NCBI GenBank assembly: GCA_951406725.2
Contig: OX597818.1
Location: 34,286,001-34,350,000 of the forward strand
From: Octopus vulgaris
Lineage: Eukaryota
DNA: 64,000 bases
Direction of reading: 5' to 3'
This document shows, in pieces, positions 1 to 14,597 of the stretch; the first letter of the stretch is position 1; each line of letters starts with the position of its first letter. The translations under genes were made by a program, and so were the position numbers. Under the pieces are notes generated by a model. The model did no database searches. It worked only from the letters and a program-made list of their open reading frames with translations, and was not told where the DNA came from.

Positions 1-1030
1 TAAAAGAGTAAATAACTTTACAGCTAGAAACACTTTCTTGAGAGTTAAGATTCCATACACATAAGAAGAAATACTGTTGTGAGAATTCGAACCTCCGTTG
101 GATTGATTTATTAGTGACCGAGCATTCAATAGACAGAAGCCATTTCTGACTTTCCTTCTAAAACATATATATTGTAAAATATAGGCTACAGTTAGGCTGC
201 TATCAAACAACTAATATACGTTGTCTAAAATCATAAACTTTTTATTTATTCTTCATTAATAACATCAAGTGTAGATTGATTAAAAACGAGATGTTTAACA
301 TAGAAACACATTTTTGATTCCTCCATTCAAAAACGAATTTGTCTTTGAAGTCATCCACTCATTAGTTATACATCTACACAAGTTATGTACGACACTAAGA
401 TACTAAATACGTAATATTAATGATATCGTAGATCTAAGTCATCGAATATCTCTTCATACAATTATATACTAACAACCCACTTGTCAGTAGTATATATATA
501 TGTGTGTGTGTACCTATTCTTGTCTCTCTCTCTCTATATATATATACGTGTGTGTCTATTTATTCATCTCTCTCTCTCTCTATATATATATAGAGAGAGA
601 GAGAGATGAATATATATATATAAAGATACATATATATGTATGTATGTGTGTGTGTGTGTGTGTGTCGTTTATTCTGCATGATGCTTAGTACAAATCCAGC
701 ATTTTCAGGGGAGGGGTTAAAATCGATTATATCGACTCCCAAAGATGAAAGGTGGAATTTGATCTCAGAACGTAAGTACAGACGAACTAACGCTAAGCAT
801 TTTGCCTGGTGCGGTAACGATTCTGCCAACTCACTACATTGGCGCATATACTAAAATATAAGGGTATAGGAACAAAATAATAAAATCCAACAAAAAAGAA
901 AAGAATAATAGTCATCGTTTCCAAATTCTTCTAACTCTTATGCGAGATCTACTGAAGAATTACCCACGGACGCTAAAATTCAGGTATACTTAAAATGGAG
1001 GGCTAATTCTGATAGCTTTTTTAATAATAA

Positions 1031-1202
1031 GGCGCAGGAGTGGCTGTGTGGTAAGTAGTGTGCTTACCAACAACATGCGTGGCACCTTGGGCAAGTGTCT
1101 TCATCTACAACCACGGGCCGACCAAAGCCTTGTGAGTGGATCTGGTAGACGGAAACTGAAGGAAGCCCGTCGTATATATATATATACATATACACATATA
1201 TA

Positions 1203-1268
<66 letters not shown>

Positions 1269-1467
1269 TGCGTCTGTCTTTGTCCCCCACCATCGCTTGA
1301 CAACCGATGCTGGTGTGTTTACGTCCCTGTAAACCAGCGGTTCGGTAAAAGAGACTGATAGAATAAGTACTAGACTTACAAGGAATAAGTCCTGGGGTCG
1401 ATTTGCTCGACTAAAGGCGGTGCTCCAACATGGCTGCAGTCAAATGACTGAAACAAATAAAAGAGTA
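1031..1467 (+). mobile_element. SINE family A: tRNA-like head, CORE-like motif, internal (TA)n/(TG)n, AAAAGAGT tail
   Basis: Head GGCGCAGGAGTGGCTGTGTGGTAAG, CORE-like GGCACCTTGGGCAAGTGTC, internal microsatellite, tail GTCAAATGACTGAAACAAATAAAAGAGTA; near-identical copies recur across the window. Confidence 0.85.
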
Positions 1468-2202
1468 ATCCTTTCAAATCTTTAGCACAGGATCAGCAGT
1501 TTTAGGATCTTTACCTTTTGACAAACAACGGCAGTAATTTTATTCAGCTGAATATACGTCATTGATTGGTTGAAAATACCAAAATACGACAACTTTAACA
1601 CGAAATAACTTCGTAAATATTAAACTTTTCTCAAAAACGCTAAGAGTAAAAGATGTTTAAAAGTGTTTAGTTACAAAAAATTAATTTCTCGATCTGCCAT
1701 TCAAAGGGAAAGGGATCCCAGTTTTGTAGGAAAGGGAATAGGCGATTACATCGATTCCAATACCTGACTGGTACTTTGTTTTATCGACAACGAAAGGCTA
1801 AACGGACAAGTTGACCTCGGTGGTATTTGAACTCAGAACATGCCTGAAGAAATACTGCTAAGCATTTTTTCCGACGCGCTAACGATTCTTCCAGCTCGTG
1901 ATATGTTTTTAATAATAGAGAGTAATTGTCAATATAACATGATCATGGGCGCGCATGTGTATATATGTGCGTATGTGAGTATGTGTGTGTGTTTGCTTGT
2001 TTGTAAGAGCACATAACTAATAACAAAGAACTCAATACCGGTTTACAACTGATGTATATATAGGCATATACAAACATACAGATATATATACATATTCCTA
2101 AAAGTAAATATCGCTAGCTAGCTAGCTAGATAGATAGATTGCTACATACATACATACACACAGACACGCGCGTGCGTGTGCACACATACAAGGACATGTT
2201 TT

Positions 2203-2257
<55 letters not shown>

Positions 2258-2446
2258 CATACACTTATGACTGTAGTCACACATTTACTCAAACACACGC
2301 AAAAACAGACTTATTACAGGCATCCATCCATCCATCCATCCATCCATCCATCCATCCATCCATACATACATACATACATACATACATACATACATACATA
2401 CATACATACATACATACATACATACATACATACATACATACATACA

Positions 2447-2822
2447 TTGTGTCGTCGTGGCACTCCGTCGGTTACAACGAGGGTTCTAGTTGAACCGATC
2501 AACGGAACAGCCTGCTCGTGAAATTAACGTGCAAGTGGCTGAGTACTCTACAGACACGTGTACCCTTAACGTAGTTCCCGGGGAGATTCAGCAAGGCACA
2601 TAATGTGATAAGGCTGGTCCTTTGAAATACAAGTGCAGCAGAAACAGGAAGAATGGGTGAGAGAAAGAGTAAAGTAGGGTTCGCCACCACCTCCTGCTGG
2701 AGCCTCGTGGAGCTTTTAGATGTTTTCGCTCAATAAATACTCACAACAACTGTTCTGGGAATTGAAACTGCGATTCTACGACCGCGAGTCCGCTGCCCTA
2801 ACCACTGGGCCATTGCGCCCCT
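2447..2822 (-). mobile_element. SINE family C (tRNA-derived head)
   Basis: Reverse complement of the 10207-10588 copy; embedded in (CATA)n. Confidence 0.8.
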
Positions 2823-3167
2823 ACATACATACATACATACATACATACATACATACATACATACATACAAGCAGGCAGATAGACAGACAGGCAGATAGAC
2901 AGACAGATAGCAGACAGGCAGATAGACAGACAGGCAGACGGACAGACTGCCAGACAGACAGGCTGCCAGACAGACATACGTATACACACGCAAACATCAA
3001 AAAAAGGAGGCGGGACAAATATCGTGAACAGCCAGGTGCATGAATGTTTACATAAGCTTTCATTAAACATACCGAAACCCTTAATTCAATTATCTAGGGG
3101 ATGGAATAGGGGTGTCATCGTTCAGGCATGTATATGTAGGTAAGTACCCGAATACGCATATTGCGCA

Positions 3168-3229
<62 letters not shown>

Positions 3230-3284
3230 AGTGTGTGGTTTACATGACCATGCAAATAATTGCGTGTAGGTAATTATAAACACA

Positions 3285-3313
3285 TAGATAGATAGATAGA
3301 TAGATAATACATG

Positions 3314-3389
<76 letters not shown>

Positions 3390-3418
3390 TATAGATAGAT
3401 AGATAAAGGTAGAGAGAC

Positions 3419-3496
<78 letters not shown>

Positions 3497-3512
3497 GTAA
3501 ACATGGATAGAC

Positions 3513-3597
<85 letters not shown>
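3285..3597. repeat. Interrupted (GATA)n microsatellite
   Basis: Direct reading. Confidence 0.95.
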
Positions 3598-3598
<1 letters not shown>

Positions 3599-3961
3599 AC
3601 ATGGGTAGATAATGAAAGATACAAAGAGAAAATAGAGATAACGCAATATATGTTTATAAATATTAATCAATAATAATATAAATTAAAAAAAGAAAAATGT
3701 TCGAAAAATAGCGTCCATATCTGGAACGAACAGAAAGAAGAGACGGACGGTAGTTGAAGTCAAACATATCTAAGACATGAACAGTCAAAGAAGCAAGAAG
3801 CTTATCTGATGTTGATGTGTGTTGAAAGCCTTCAATGTACACAGCGTTAGCTTTAGCTTTTCAACTCATATCAACGCAAAGTGTTTGATATTCGTGTCGA
3901 TCGGCTAATATTAAAAGGACAACTTTTTAACACCATCAAAAAGTAAGGCTTCTGACATCAT

Positions 3962-4000
<39 letters not shown>

Positions 4001-4202
4001 TTGCGGTGGATTAACCGAATCATCTAAGTGTTGAGTAAATTTCCTTGCGATATTTAGTTTAACACTTTTCTTTTTTAGTTTTTGTGTTCCAATTCCCACC
4101 CTACCCATTCCTCCGGCTGTCAATTTTGACCGTCATTTCTTCTGCCCCCAAAAGCTATGGTTTGGTGTCTCTGACACATATTAATATTCCCTACGAGCAG
4201 AA

Positions 4203-4620
4203 AGGCGGCGAGCTGGCAGAATCGTTAGCACGCCGGGCGAAATGCTTAGCGGTATTTCGTCTACCGTTACGTTCTGAGTTCAAATTCCGCCGAGGTCGAC
4301 TTTGCCTTTCATCCTTTCGGGGTCGATAAATTAAGTACCAGTTACGCACTGGGGTTGATATGATCGACTTAATCCCGTCTGTTTGTCCTTGTTTGTCTCC
4401 TCTGTGTTTAGCCCCTTGTGGGTAGTAAAGAAATATGTATTTCGTCTGCCGCTACGTTCTGAGTTCAAAGTCCACCGAGGTCGACTTTGCCTTTCACCCT
4501 TTCGGGGTCGATAAATTAAGTACCAGTTACGCACTGGGGTCGATATAATCGCCTTAATCCGTTTGTCTGTCCTTGTTTGTCTCTTCTGAATGTAGCCCCT
4601 TGTGGGCAGTAAAGAAATAA
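4203..4620 (+). mobile_element. SINE family B dimer (head-body-tail-body-tail), followed by older decayed B copies to about 5480
   Basis: Head GGCGGCGAGCTGGCAGAATCGTTAGC, B-box-like GAGTTCAAATTC, central GCCTTTCATCCTTTCGGGGTCGATAAA motif resembling the Meta/MESC SINE domain, tail GCCCCTTGTGGGTAGTAAAGAAATA. Confidence 0.85.
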
Positions 4621-5598
4621 GAATCGTTAGCACGTCTGACAAAATACTTAGCGGCATTTCGTTCGTCTTAACGTTCTGAGTGCAAATTCTGCCGACATCG
4701 ACTTTGCCTTACATCAGTTGGAGGTCGATAAAGTAAGTATCAGTTAAGCATTGGAGTCGATGTAAATGATTTACTCACTTCCTCCAAATAGCCGGCCTTA
4801 TACATAAATTTAAACTTAATATTTCCACAAACCGTATAGCAGCGAGCTGGCACGACGGGCAAAATGTTTAGCGGCTTTTCGTCCGTCTTTATGTTCTGAG
4901 TTCAAATTCCGCCGAGGTCGACTTTGCCCTTCATCTTCTCCTGGTCGATTAAATAAGTACTAGTTTAACACTCGGGTCGATATATTCGACTTGCTCTTTC
5001 ACTAAAGTTCCCGACCGGTTTTTGTGTGTTTCTTAAATGGCTTATAAACACATTCCACACTGCAATTGTTTATTGTTAAGCTCGACGTAAGGCTCGATGT
5101 TACACTCGATGTAATGTACCAACCACTTCCTCCAAAATTATTAAACCAGTATTTGCAAGCTGGCAGAATCGTTAGAGCATCGGAAAAATAACTTCTGCGG
5201 TTTTTCTTTAGGCTCTACATCTTCAGTTCAAATCCTGCCGAGGTCAACACTGCCTTTCATCCCTCTGGGGGTCGATAAAATAAAATACTACTCTTGTATT
5301 GCGGCCGATGGTATCGACTAATCCAATCCCACTCCACCCACAAAAAAAAAGTGTTGACCTTAAGCAGAAACGATTATAAAGCGGAGAGCTGGCAGAATCG
5401 TTAGAGCGTTAGAAAAATTTTGCGCTATTTGTGACGTATCTTTTCGTTCTGAGCTCAAATGACGCTGGGCTCAACTTTGTATATTACTTTAAAATGAGTT
5501 TTAGAATAAAAGCAAAACATTTACTGACGGGATGGGGGGAGTGATCTCAATACTGAGAGTTGAGTCAAATTTATTGTAGTTGCGTTTAACATCAACTT

Positions 5599-5674
<76 letters not shown>

Positions 5675-5764
5675 CGGATAGAAACACGCGCACAAACGCA
5701 AATCTAAATATATACATCTCCCTCTCTCTCCCTCTCTCTGTATGTATGTATGTCATCATTCAGC

Positions 5765-5865
5765 TTATTTCAAGATTTCTTGCTAATAGAAAAAAACCCT
5801 GTTTCTAACCTAGACCCAAGGTTCCTTCTTTGGAATTTCAGAACCAACAACAGGGTATTTTTGTT

Positions 5866-5899
<34 letters not shown>

Positions 5900-6665
5900 C
5901 AGATTTGTATGTTTTACGTATGTATTCTCATGCATATAGTTGCATATCTAGACATGTTCATATATTTAAATGATAAACTTCTGGAAAGTTTTACAGATTT
6001 TTACAGTTCCAGTGATGGATTGGATCAGTAGACTTCGTATTAGCTTTCTTCTTTCTAGTATTGAGAATCCTAATTTCTATTTCTTTACTACCCACAAGGG
6101 GCTAAACACAGAGAGGACAAACAAGGACAGACAAACGGATCAAGTCGATTAATTCGACCCCAGTGCGCAACTGGTACTTAATTTATCGACTCTAAAAGGA
6201 TGAAAGGCAAAGTCGACCTCGGTGGAGTTTGAACTCAGAACGTAACGGCAGACGAAAAACCGCGAAGCATTTCACCCGGCGTGCTAACGTTTCTGCCAGT
6301 TCGCCGCCTTGATTTATCAAGCCTAATTTCTCAAGATTGGTATTTAGGCAGTGTGTTACATATCCCAGGGCATCAATGATTATAGGTATGAGCCCGAACT
6401 TGTAATCTGGATAAAGTAACTGCATCTTCCTCAAAAGTTCAGCATAGGTGTTCTCTTTTTCACTGATCTTCAGCTTTATGTTAATATCTACTGGGGAGCT
6501 AATTTCCACAATTGTGCACAGTTTCTCTTCTCTATCCTAAATCATTATATTAGGTTTGTTGTGCTTACATTTTATTGAGGTCTTCACTGGTACATTCCAC
6601 CAGTATTCCTTTTTATTATGAGTGGCTGTGGCTTCGACCATAATGTGGGGTTTTGTTTCTTCGTC
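5765..6665 (-). mobile_element. 3' fragment of an R4/Dong-like LINE with restriction-like endonuclease, interrupted by SINE B
   Basis: Minus translation EYWWNVPVKTSIKCKHNKP...VEISSPVDINIKLKISEKENTY...IPIII.ALG; homologous to the 26 kb element. Confidence 0.75.
6078..6309 (-). mobile_element. SINE family B
   Basis: Full head-to-tail match; CCTAATTTCT present on both sides as a probable TSD remnant. Confidence 0.85.
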
Positions 6666-6699
6666 CTCGTTCAGGGCAATTGTTGACCTCCCGAAGGAA

Positions 6700-7457
6700 T
6701 GGAAACATCATGAAAATTCATGAACTGCTCTTGGAGGACCGTCATTGAACAATTAACGAATTTGTCGATATGACTGGTGTGTTCTCGTGCTCCCGCCAAC
6801 GAATTTTGAGCGAGGAATTGCGAATGAAAAGAATTGTCGCAAGTCTGTGTCGCGCTTGCTCACGGAAGATCAAAGGCAGTAACGACTGAATGCGTGTCGT
6901 GAACTGAAAGAACAGTTGGAAATTGATCCGGATCTTTTTGCGAAGGTCCTCACTAGTGACGAAAGCTGGTTCTACGGAATTTGCAGATGTGGAAGAGGTG
7001 AAGAAAAAAAGAAAAAAAACTTCGGAGGCGTTAAAGGGCATCATTTTACAAGAGTTCCAGCACTGCTTCGAACAGTGGAAAACGCGTCTGGACCGATGCA
7101 TTGCTTCAACTGGAGAATACTTTGTAGGCGATAAAAGTGCAAAAATGTAAAACTAAGTGGTAAGATAATATTTGTTTCTTTATTACCCACAAGGGGCTAA
7201 ACATAGAGGGGACAAACAAGGACGGACAAACGGATTAAGTCGATTACATCGACCCCACTGCGTAGCTGGTACTTAATTAATCGACTCCGAAAGGATGAAA
7301 TGCAAAGTTGACCTCGGCGGAATTTGAACTCAAAACGTAACGGCAGACGAAATACGGCTACGCATTTCGCCCGGCGTGCTAACGTTTCTGCCAGCTCTCC
7401 GCCTTATGGTAAGATAATATTGCAAAATTCCGGTTTCTTTTGGGTACCGCGGTCGTA
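6700..7457 (+). mobile_element. Internally deleted mariner transposon relic
   Basis: KIHELLLEDR...ILSEELRMKR...DPDLFAKVLTSDESWFY joined directly to FADVEEVKK...CFEQWKTRLDRCIASTGEYF; right TIR-like ATTCCGGTTTCTTTTGGGTACCGCGGTCGTA at 7427-7457. Confidence 0.8.
7173..7404 (-). mobile_element. SINE family B inserted in the mariner relic with a 15-bp TSD
   Basis: TGGTAAGATAATATT at 7158-7172 and 7407-7421. Confidence 0.9.
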
Positions 7458-7892
7458 CATATGTTCAGTATCATTCTTGATTTTATATCCTCGTATTTCC
7501 ATGTCCTTGTATATCTGTCATTGCAGACGTTATCGCTTTGTATTATACGCTTTTCGCTGTGGACCGTTTTTCACTAATCTCTTTCCACACAAAGAAAATA
7601 ATTTTGTTATGACAACGAAATACTTATCCATTTCATTGCTATATATACACATACATACGATTTTCAGTCAAATGACTGAAACAAATAAAAGAGTAAAAGA
7701 GTGTATATATATATATATATATATACATTCACATATACATATACAAGCATATTTAAATGTATACATATACGCCGATGATGTATGTTTGTGTGCATGTGTG
7801 TGTATAATGTGCGTATATCAGCGCGTATGTATGTGTATATATAGCAATCAAATGGATAATCATTTCGTATATACATGCATATACATGTATTC

Positions 7893-8463
<571 letters not shown>

Positions 8464-9018
8464 TGTCTTGTATGTATGCACTTGCATGCGCGCGCGCGTG
8501 TGTGTGTGTGTGTGGTTGTGTGTGTTACTGAATATGGGCATATATCCAGATTTCACTTTTCTCACAATTGTTCTGTTGCTACCTAGGAAATTTCCTTTCA
8601 TATCCCATACCCTCCTCTACCTTACACGCTTCTCCCCCTTCTTTCTCCCTCTTTTCTCTCTCCCACCCTCTCACTCTCTCTCTCTCTCTCTCTTCTTTCT
8701 TCCTTCCCTGTCCTACTTTCCTTTTCTTTTCTTTAAATAAACCCAATTCAGCACAACACACTCAATATCGAATTGCTTTGGTCAAGCACGTCTCTTGAGA
8801 ACCTTTTTCCTCGATCATCGGATAATTCTATCGATGAGTACAGTAAATATTATTGGGACGCGTTTTGGAGTGAAAAAACAGCACGTGTTTACGAAGATTT
8901 GTTCAAACAAGGCAAAGCATTAGCGTGTTGTGGCGTTGTTTTGATTCGCTAAAATCAGTTGTGTTTTTCTTCCCGTCACCATTTTGTTTATCTATCAATC
9001 TATCTATCTATCTATCTA

Positions 9019-9081
<63 letters not shown>

Positions 9082-9190
9082 ATATATCTATCTATCTATC
9101 TGTCCCCTCTGTGTCCAGCCCTGTGTGGCCAATAAAGAAAGTTATCTATCTATCTATCTATATATTTATCTATCTATCTGTCGGCTTATC

Positions 9191-9272
<82 letters not shown>

Positions 9273-10206
9273 GCTTTCTCTTTATTTATCTATCTATCTT
9301 TCGATATACCTCATAACGTCAAACTATCTGTTTATGTATATATGTGTGTATGTGTATGTGCGTGCGCGTGTGCTTATGTATGTATGTATGTATGTATGTA
9401 TGTATGTATGCATGAGTATATGTATGTATGTATCTACATTTGTATGTAGATATGTGTCTATCTATGTGCCTACTGGTATATTTATATTTCTACACTCACA
9501 TACACACACAGACATACACACAGACACGCGCGCGCGCGTGCACGTATTCAAAACAATTGCTAAAAGGAAATAAAAAGAAGGAAGGAAAGGAAATGGAAAA
9601 TGGTATTCACCATTACTAATCCAGTCTTAAAGACGACATGATGTTCTTCAGCTCTCAGAAAGGTCTATGGTTCGTGTATCATTGCCGGTGTTACGTTTAT
9701 CTTCTGACGAAGAACTTAACTGGTAACGCTTATCTGTTGATGGTGGAGTTAATCTTGTTATATGTAGGAACCAAAGGCTTTACCTCACCTCAGTAAGCAG
9801 TGATTAAACACCGCTGTTGCCGTGAGGGAAGGTATTTGTTGATTTGCGGAGTTCAATTCAACTCGTGGAAAAATACCTCGAAGAGAGCAGTGCTTTATCG
9901 GGGGAAATTTGGAAGAGAAAAGAGGAATTTTTTTTTTAAATTCAAGCATTTTGTGTTGAACACGATTATTTCTTAAAAAGGATAAAAATCCTTCCCGAGT
10001 CATATAAATTCATAGGGTCAATTTTCCGGTTTCTGTAGGGTATATATTCTCCACCTGAACGGTCTGCCGGTCCGCCGAAGGATTACTCATTTTTGCGAAC
10101 TGAGTAAAAGGAAATAATCGAAACCACAATCTTACGATCATGAGTACAATCACTAAACCACGCGCCTCCACATTTCTTAAGTCATACTGTTTAATCTGTT
10201 ATATGG

Positions 10207-10588
10207 GAGGCGCAATGACCCAGTGGTTAGGGCAGCGGACTCGCGGTCATAGGATCGCGGTTTCGATTCCCAGACCGGGCGTTGTGAGTGTTTATTGAGC
10301 GAAAACACCTAAAAGCTCCACGAGGCTCCGGCAGGGGATGGTGGTGATCCCTGCTGTACTCTTTCACCACAACTTTCTCTCACTCTTACTTCCTGTTTCT
10401 GTTGTACCTGTATTTCAAAGGACCGGCCTTGTCACTCTCTGTGTCACGCTGAATATCCCCGAGAACTACGTTAAGGGTACACGTGTCTGTGGAGTGCTCA
10501 GCCACTTACACGTTAATTTCACGAGCAGGCTGTTCCGTTGATCGGTTGAAACTAGAACCCTCGTCGTTGTAACCGACGGAGTCCTTCC
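10207..10588 (+). mobile_element. SINE family C with a 12-bp TSD
   Basis: tRNA-like head GGAGGCGCAATGACCCAGTGGTTAGG...GGTTTCGATTCC; TSD AATCTGTTATAT at 10193-10204 and 10589-10600. Confidence 0.9.
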
Positions 10589-10998
10589 AATCTGTTATAT
10601 TAATTTCTTCTCATATTGGCGCAAGGTTATACATTTAGAAGGAGCAACAGTCTGTATTAGGCTAGTACTTTATGTGATTGACCCCAGATGGTTGAAAGGT
10701 GATGTTGAACTCCACTGGATTTGAACTAAGAATATAAAGAACGTTAACTAAAATATGCAAAGTGTTTTATCCCATGCTCCAGTGATTCTCTGCTTTTAAA
10801 AGTATATTGGTATTAAAAGTGCTAATGAATTGAATAATGATAAAAGGCACAGACATGGCTGTGTGGTTAAGACACTCACTTTGCAACCACATGGTTTTGG
10901 GTTCAGCTCCACAGCATGGACAAGTGGCACCTACTATAGTACAGGGCCGACCATTGCCTTGTGAGTGAATTTGCCAGACTGAAACTGTGTGGAAGTCC

Positions 10999-11073
<75 letters not shown>

Positions 11074-11136
11074 AGAAAGTAATATATACACACACACACA
11101 CACACAATTATATATATATATGTATGTATATATATA

Positions 11137-11221
<85 letters not shown>

Positions 11222-11227
11222 ATTTTA

Positions 11228-12835
11228 GATAAACTTAGATATGTTTCGACCAGAGATTGGTCCAGGCCATGTCTAACTTAATAGCACCACCTGATAGGAT
11301 TATTCGAATCCTGTTTAAGTCAAGTTTTGTTCAAGTAGTGAGTTCTTGTTGGGTGAGTTGTATCCAGTTTTGTTCAAGTAGTGAGTTCTTGTTGGGTGAG
11401 TTGTATCCAATTATTGGTGGCTTATCTGGTATTCTTTGAAGGAATCTATCCAGACTCTGTTTAAAGTTGATGGGATCCTTTTCCTCTTTGATCTCCCTCG
11501 GGACAATGTTAAATAGGGCAGGGCCTGTTGAGGAAAAGAAATTATGTTGCAGTGTACATGTATGTTGTGATCTTGAATTTGGCAGGGGACGTATAGCCCG
11601 TGGTCCAAGTCTTGGATGGACCTTGAAGCTAATGTTTAGGTCGTTTGGGCAAAGTTGGCGGTATATTTTCCACATCGTACAAATGATGGACTGCTCACGG
11701 CGACGCTGGAGGGAGTAAAGTTTCAAGGCTTTAAAGCGATCCCAATAATCGAGAGCAGCCATGCCTTCAATTTGTTTAGTGAGAGCTCTCTGGGGTGACT
11801 CAATTCTGGAGATGTTTTGTCTTGTGTGAGGAGACCACAGTGGGCAGCAGTATTCGAGGTGTGGCCGTACAAAGAAGGAAAAAAGTGGTATGATGACACC
11901 TTGTTCTCTGGACCGGAAAGTTCTTAAGATCCAGGAACTCATCCTACGAGCTATATCAACCTTCTTGTTGATGTGTGCACTCCAACTGAGATCGTCATCA
12001 ACAATTACACCCAGGTCTCTGATATTGTTAGAGGCTGTGAGCGGTTCCCCTGAAGGAAGAGAGTATGGTTGTTTTAGTGAGGAATTTCTTCCAAAATGCA
12101 TCAGCTCAAATTTTCCCTCATTCAGTTGCATTTTGTTTCTGTCTGCCCATTGACTCACAGCATATAGATCAGACTGGAGTTGAGTTCGGTCTGCTTCTTC
12201 ATTGACGATTTGCTGGAGCTTAGTGTCATCAGCGAATATTTTCACTTTGCAGTGATGTACGACACTGGAAGGTCGTTTACGTAAATTATGAAGAGTAGCG
12301 GACCCAAAACAGTTCCCTGGGGAACACCGCTGGTGACTTTTGCTGGGTTTGAGTGGATTCCATCAACTACAACATGTTGTGTTCTATTCGCCAGGAAATA
12401 CTTAATCCAGTGTAGAACTTTTCCACGGATTCCAACATTTGCCAATTTTGAGAGTAGGATGTTATGGTCTACCCTGTCGAACGCTTTACTGAAGTCAATA
12501 TATATGACGTCAGAGCTCGAACCTGTTCCCAAGGCTTTGAGTACATCTTCAATGTGGTGTAAGAGCTGTGTTAGACAGTCCCTGTCACAGCGAAAGCCAT
12601 GCTGATTTGAATTTAGGAGTTTGTGGGTCTCCAGGAAGTCAGCTATCCTTGATCTTAACACTCTTTCAAACACTTTAATGATGTGGGAGGTGAGTGAGAT
12701 TGGGCGATAGTTGACTGCGAGGGATCTGTTTCCCTGTTTGAAAACCGGGATGACCGACTGGGAAAGAAACTGTTTCGGTATATAACCTGCGTCTAACGAG
12801 TTTCTCCAGAGGTTGGTCAGAGGGACTGCAAGTTG
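11228..12835 (-). mobile_element. 5'-truncated CR1/L2-like LINE (RT domain plus 3' UTR), one frameshift
   Basis: NYRPISLTSH...QHGFR...YIDFSKAFDRVDH...GVPQGTVLGPLLF...FADDTKL...VRPHLEYCCPLWSP; 42-bp tandem duplication near the 3' end; (TA)n on both sides. Confidence 0.92.
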
Positions 12836-13139
12836 ATATATATATATATATATATATATATGGTGTCACCCCTCACCACTTGACAACTGGTGTCGTGCTA
12901 CAGCTATGCTTGGAGTGCTTCAATAATGTATATATACATTTTCTGACTTTCACTCATTCATAAGTTGTAAAAAAAAAAAAAAATTGTATATTCTACCGCT
13001 ATCAAGATTTATCTTACTATTATTAATAATCTTTTTTCTAGAATGCTGTCGTGTGGGAATTTTTTTTCCCCCCGTTGTTATCGAGTCTGGTACTTTTGTT
13101 TGGCAACATATTTTTACCGGAAAGAAAAAGAAGGAAAAT

Positions 13140-13580
13140 CTTTCTGCTCGGCATGCTAACAATTCTGCCAGCTCGCCGCCTTAAGGAAACAAATAACAAT
13201 GGTTTCAAACTTTAACATAAGGTCTGCAATTTCAGGGATGGGTACTCCAGTGTCCGACTGGTATTTATTTTATCGTCCCCAAGAGGATGAAATGCAAAGT
13301 GAACCTCTGCGACATTTGAACTCAGGATGTAAAGACAGACGAAATACCTATTTCTTTACTACCCACAAGGGGCTAAACACAGAGAGGACAAACAAGGACA
13401 GGCAAACGGATTAAGTCGATTACATCGATCCCAGTGCGTAACTGGTGCTTAATTTATCGACCCTGAAAGGATGAAAGGTAAAGTCGACCTCGGCGGAATT
13501 TGAACACAGAACGTAACGGCAGACGAAATACCGCTAAGCATTTCGCCCGGCGTGCTAACGATTCTGCTAGCTTGCCGCCT
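13140..13580 (-). mobile_element. Young SINE B joined to an older decayed B copy
   Basis: Intact copy about 13350-13580; diverged body with the alternative tail about 13200-13348. Confidence 0.8.
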
Positions 13581-13590
13581 TAAAGAAACA

Positions 13591-13799
<209 letters not shown>

Positions 13800-14554
13800 C
13801 TGTGAATTTGCGTGTGTAAACTGGGAATGCATACAATGAGCTTTTCTGCCCTAGGTGTACAGAAAACACTCGGCGAGAAATGGAAGAAAATTTGAAAAAA
13901 TACGATGCTTATTCCACAAAGCTGTGTCTATAATGCCGCAAAATACGATAATCGATAACATCGACTCCCGTACATGGCTGGTACTTTATTTTATCGACCC
14001 CGGAGAGATGAAAGGAGAGATGAAATTAGCCCATGCAGTATTTGAACTCAGGACGTAATAATATCGTTTGTTGTAAATGAGAATCTTTGTGATTCAACCT
14101 CACTTCATGTCTTCAATTCCCAGGTTAAAACATACAACGGTGGAATATCCCATTTCATTATTCTACGAATTCTCAGATTACATACCGATACAAGAAACAA
14201 ATAATTCATCTTCTACTGTTCGTTCGAAGACCTTTTATTATACGAATGTTTGGAAGGGAAAATCAAATTAACAATCTTCATTTACTTACAGTTTTATTTC
14301 TTTGGAAAATGCATCAGAGTTAGAGAGAAGATATGGAAAAGGGACGAATATTAAGTACAAGATAATGATAATAATAATAATAAAAATGGGGCAAAGAAAG
14401 AGAGGAATAATGATTGATCTTTTGCGGCATATACATTTCTTTATATTTGAGGTGAACAGATAAGATGCACTCGAACTCCTATCAAGTTATCTCCTATTGA
14501 CTATATTGTGATCTTGAAACGGTCAAATGAATCTATATGCCTTATACAGATAGG

Positions 14555-14597
<43 letters not shown>

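Noticed and set aside
3799-3815. AGCTTATCTGATGTTGA resembles vertebrate miR-21
   Set aside because: Lacks four internal bases, does not sit on the hairpin arm, and miR-21 is not expected in this lineage
10207-10272. tRNA-like sequences at SINE heads
   Set aside because: A/B boxes only, no full cloverleaf, and always continuous with SINE bodies
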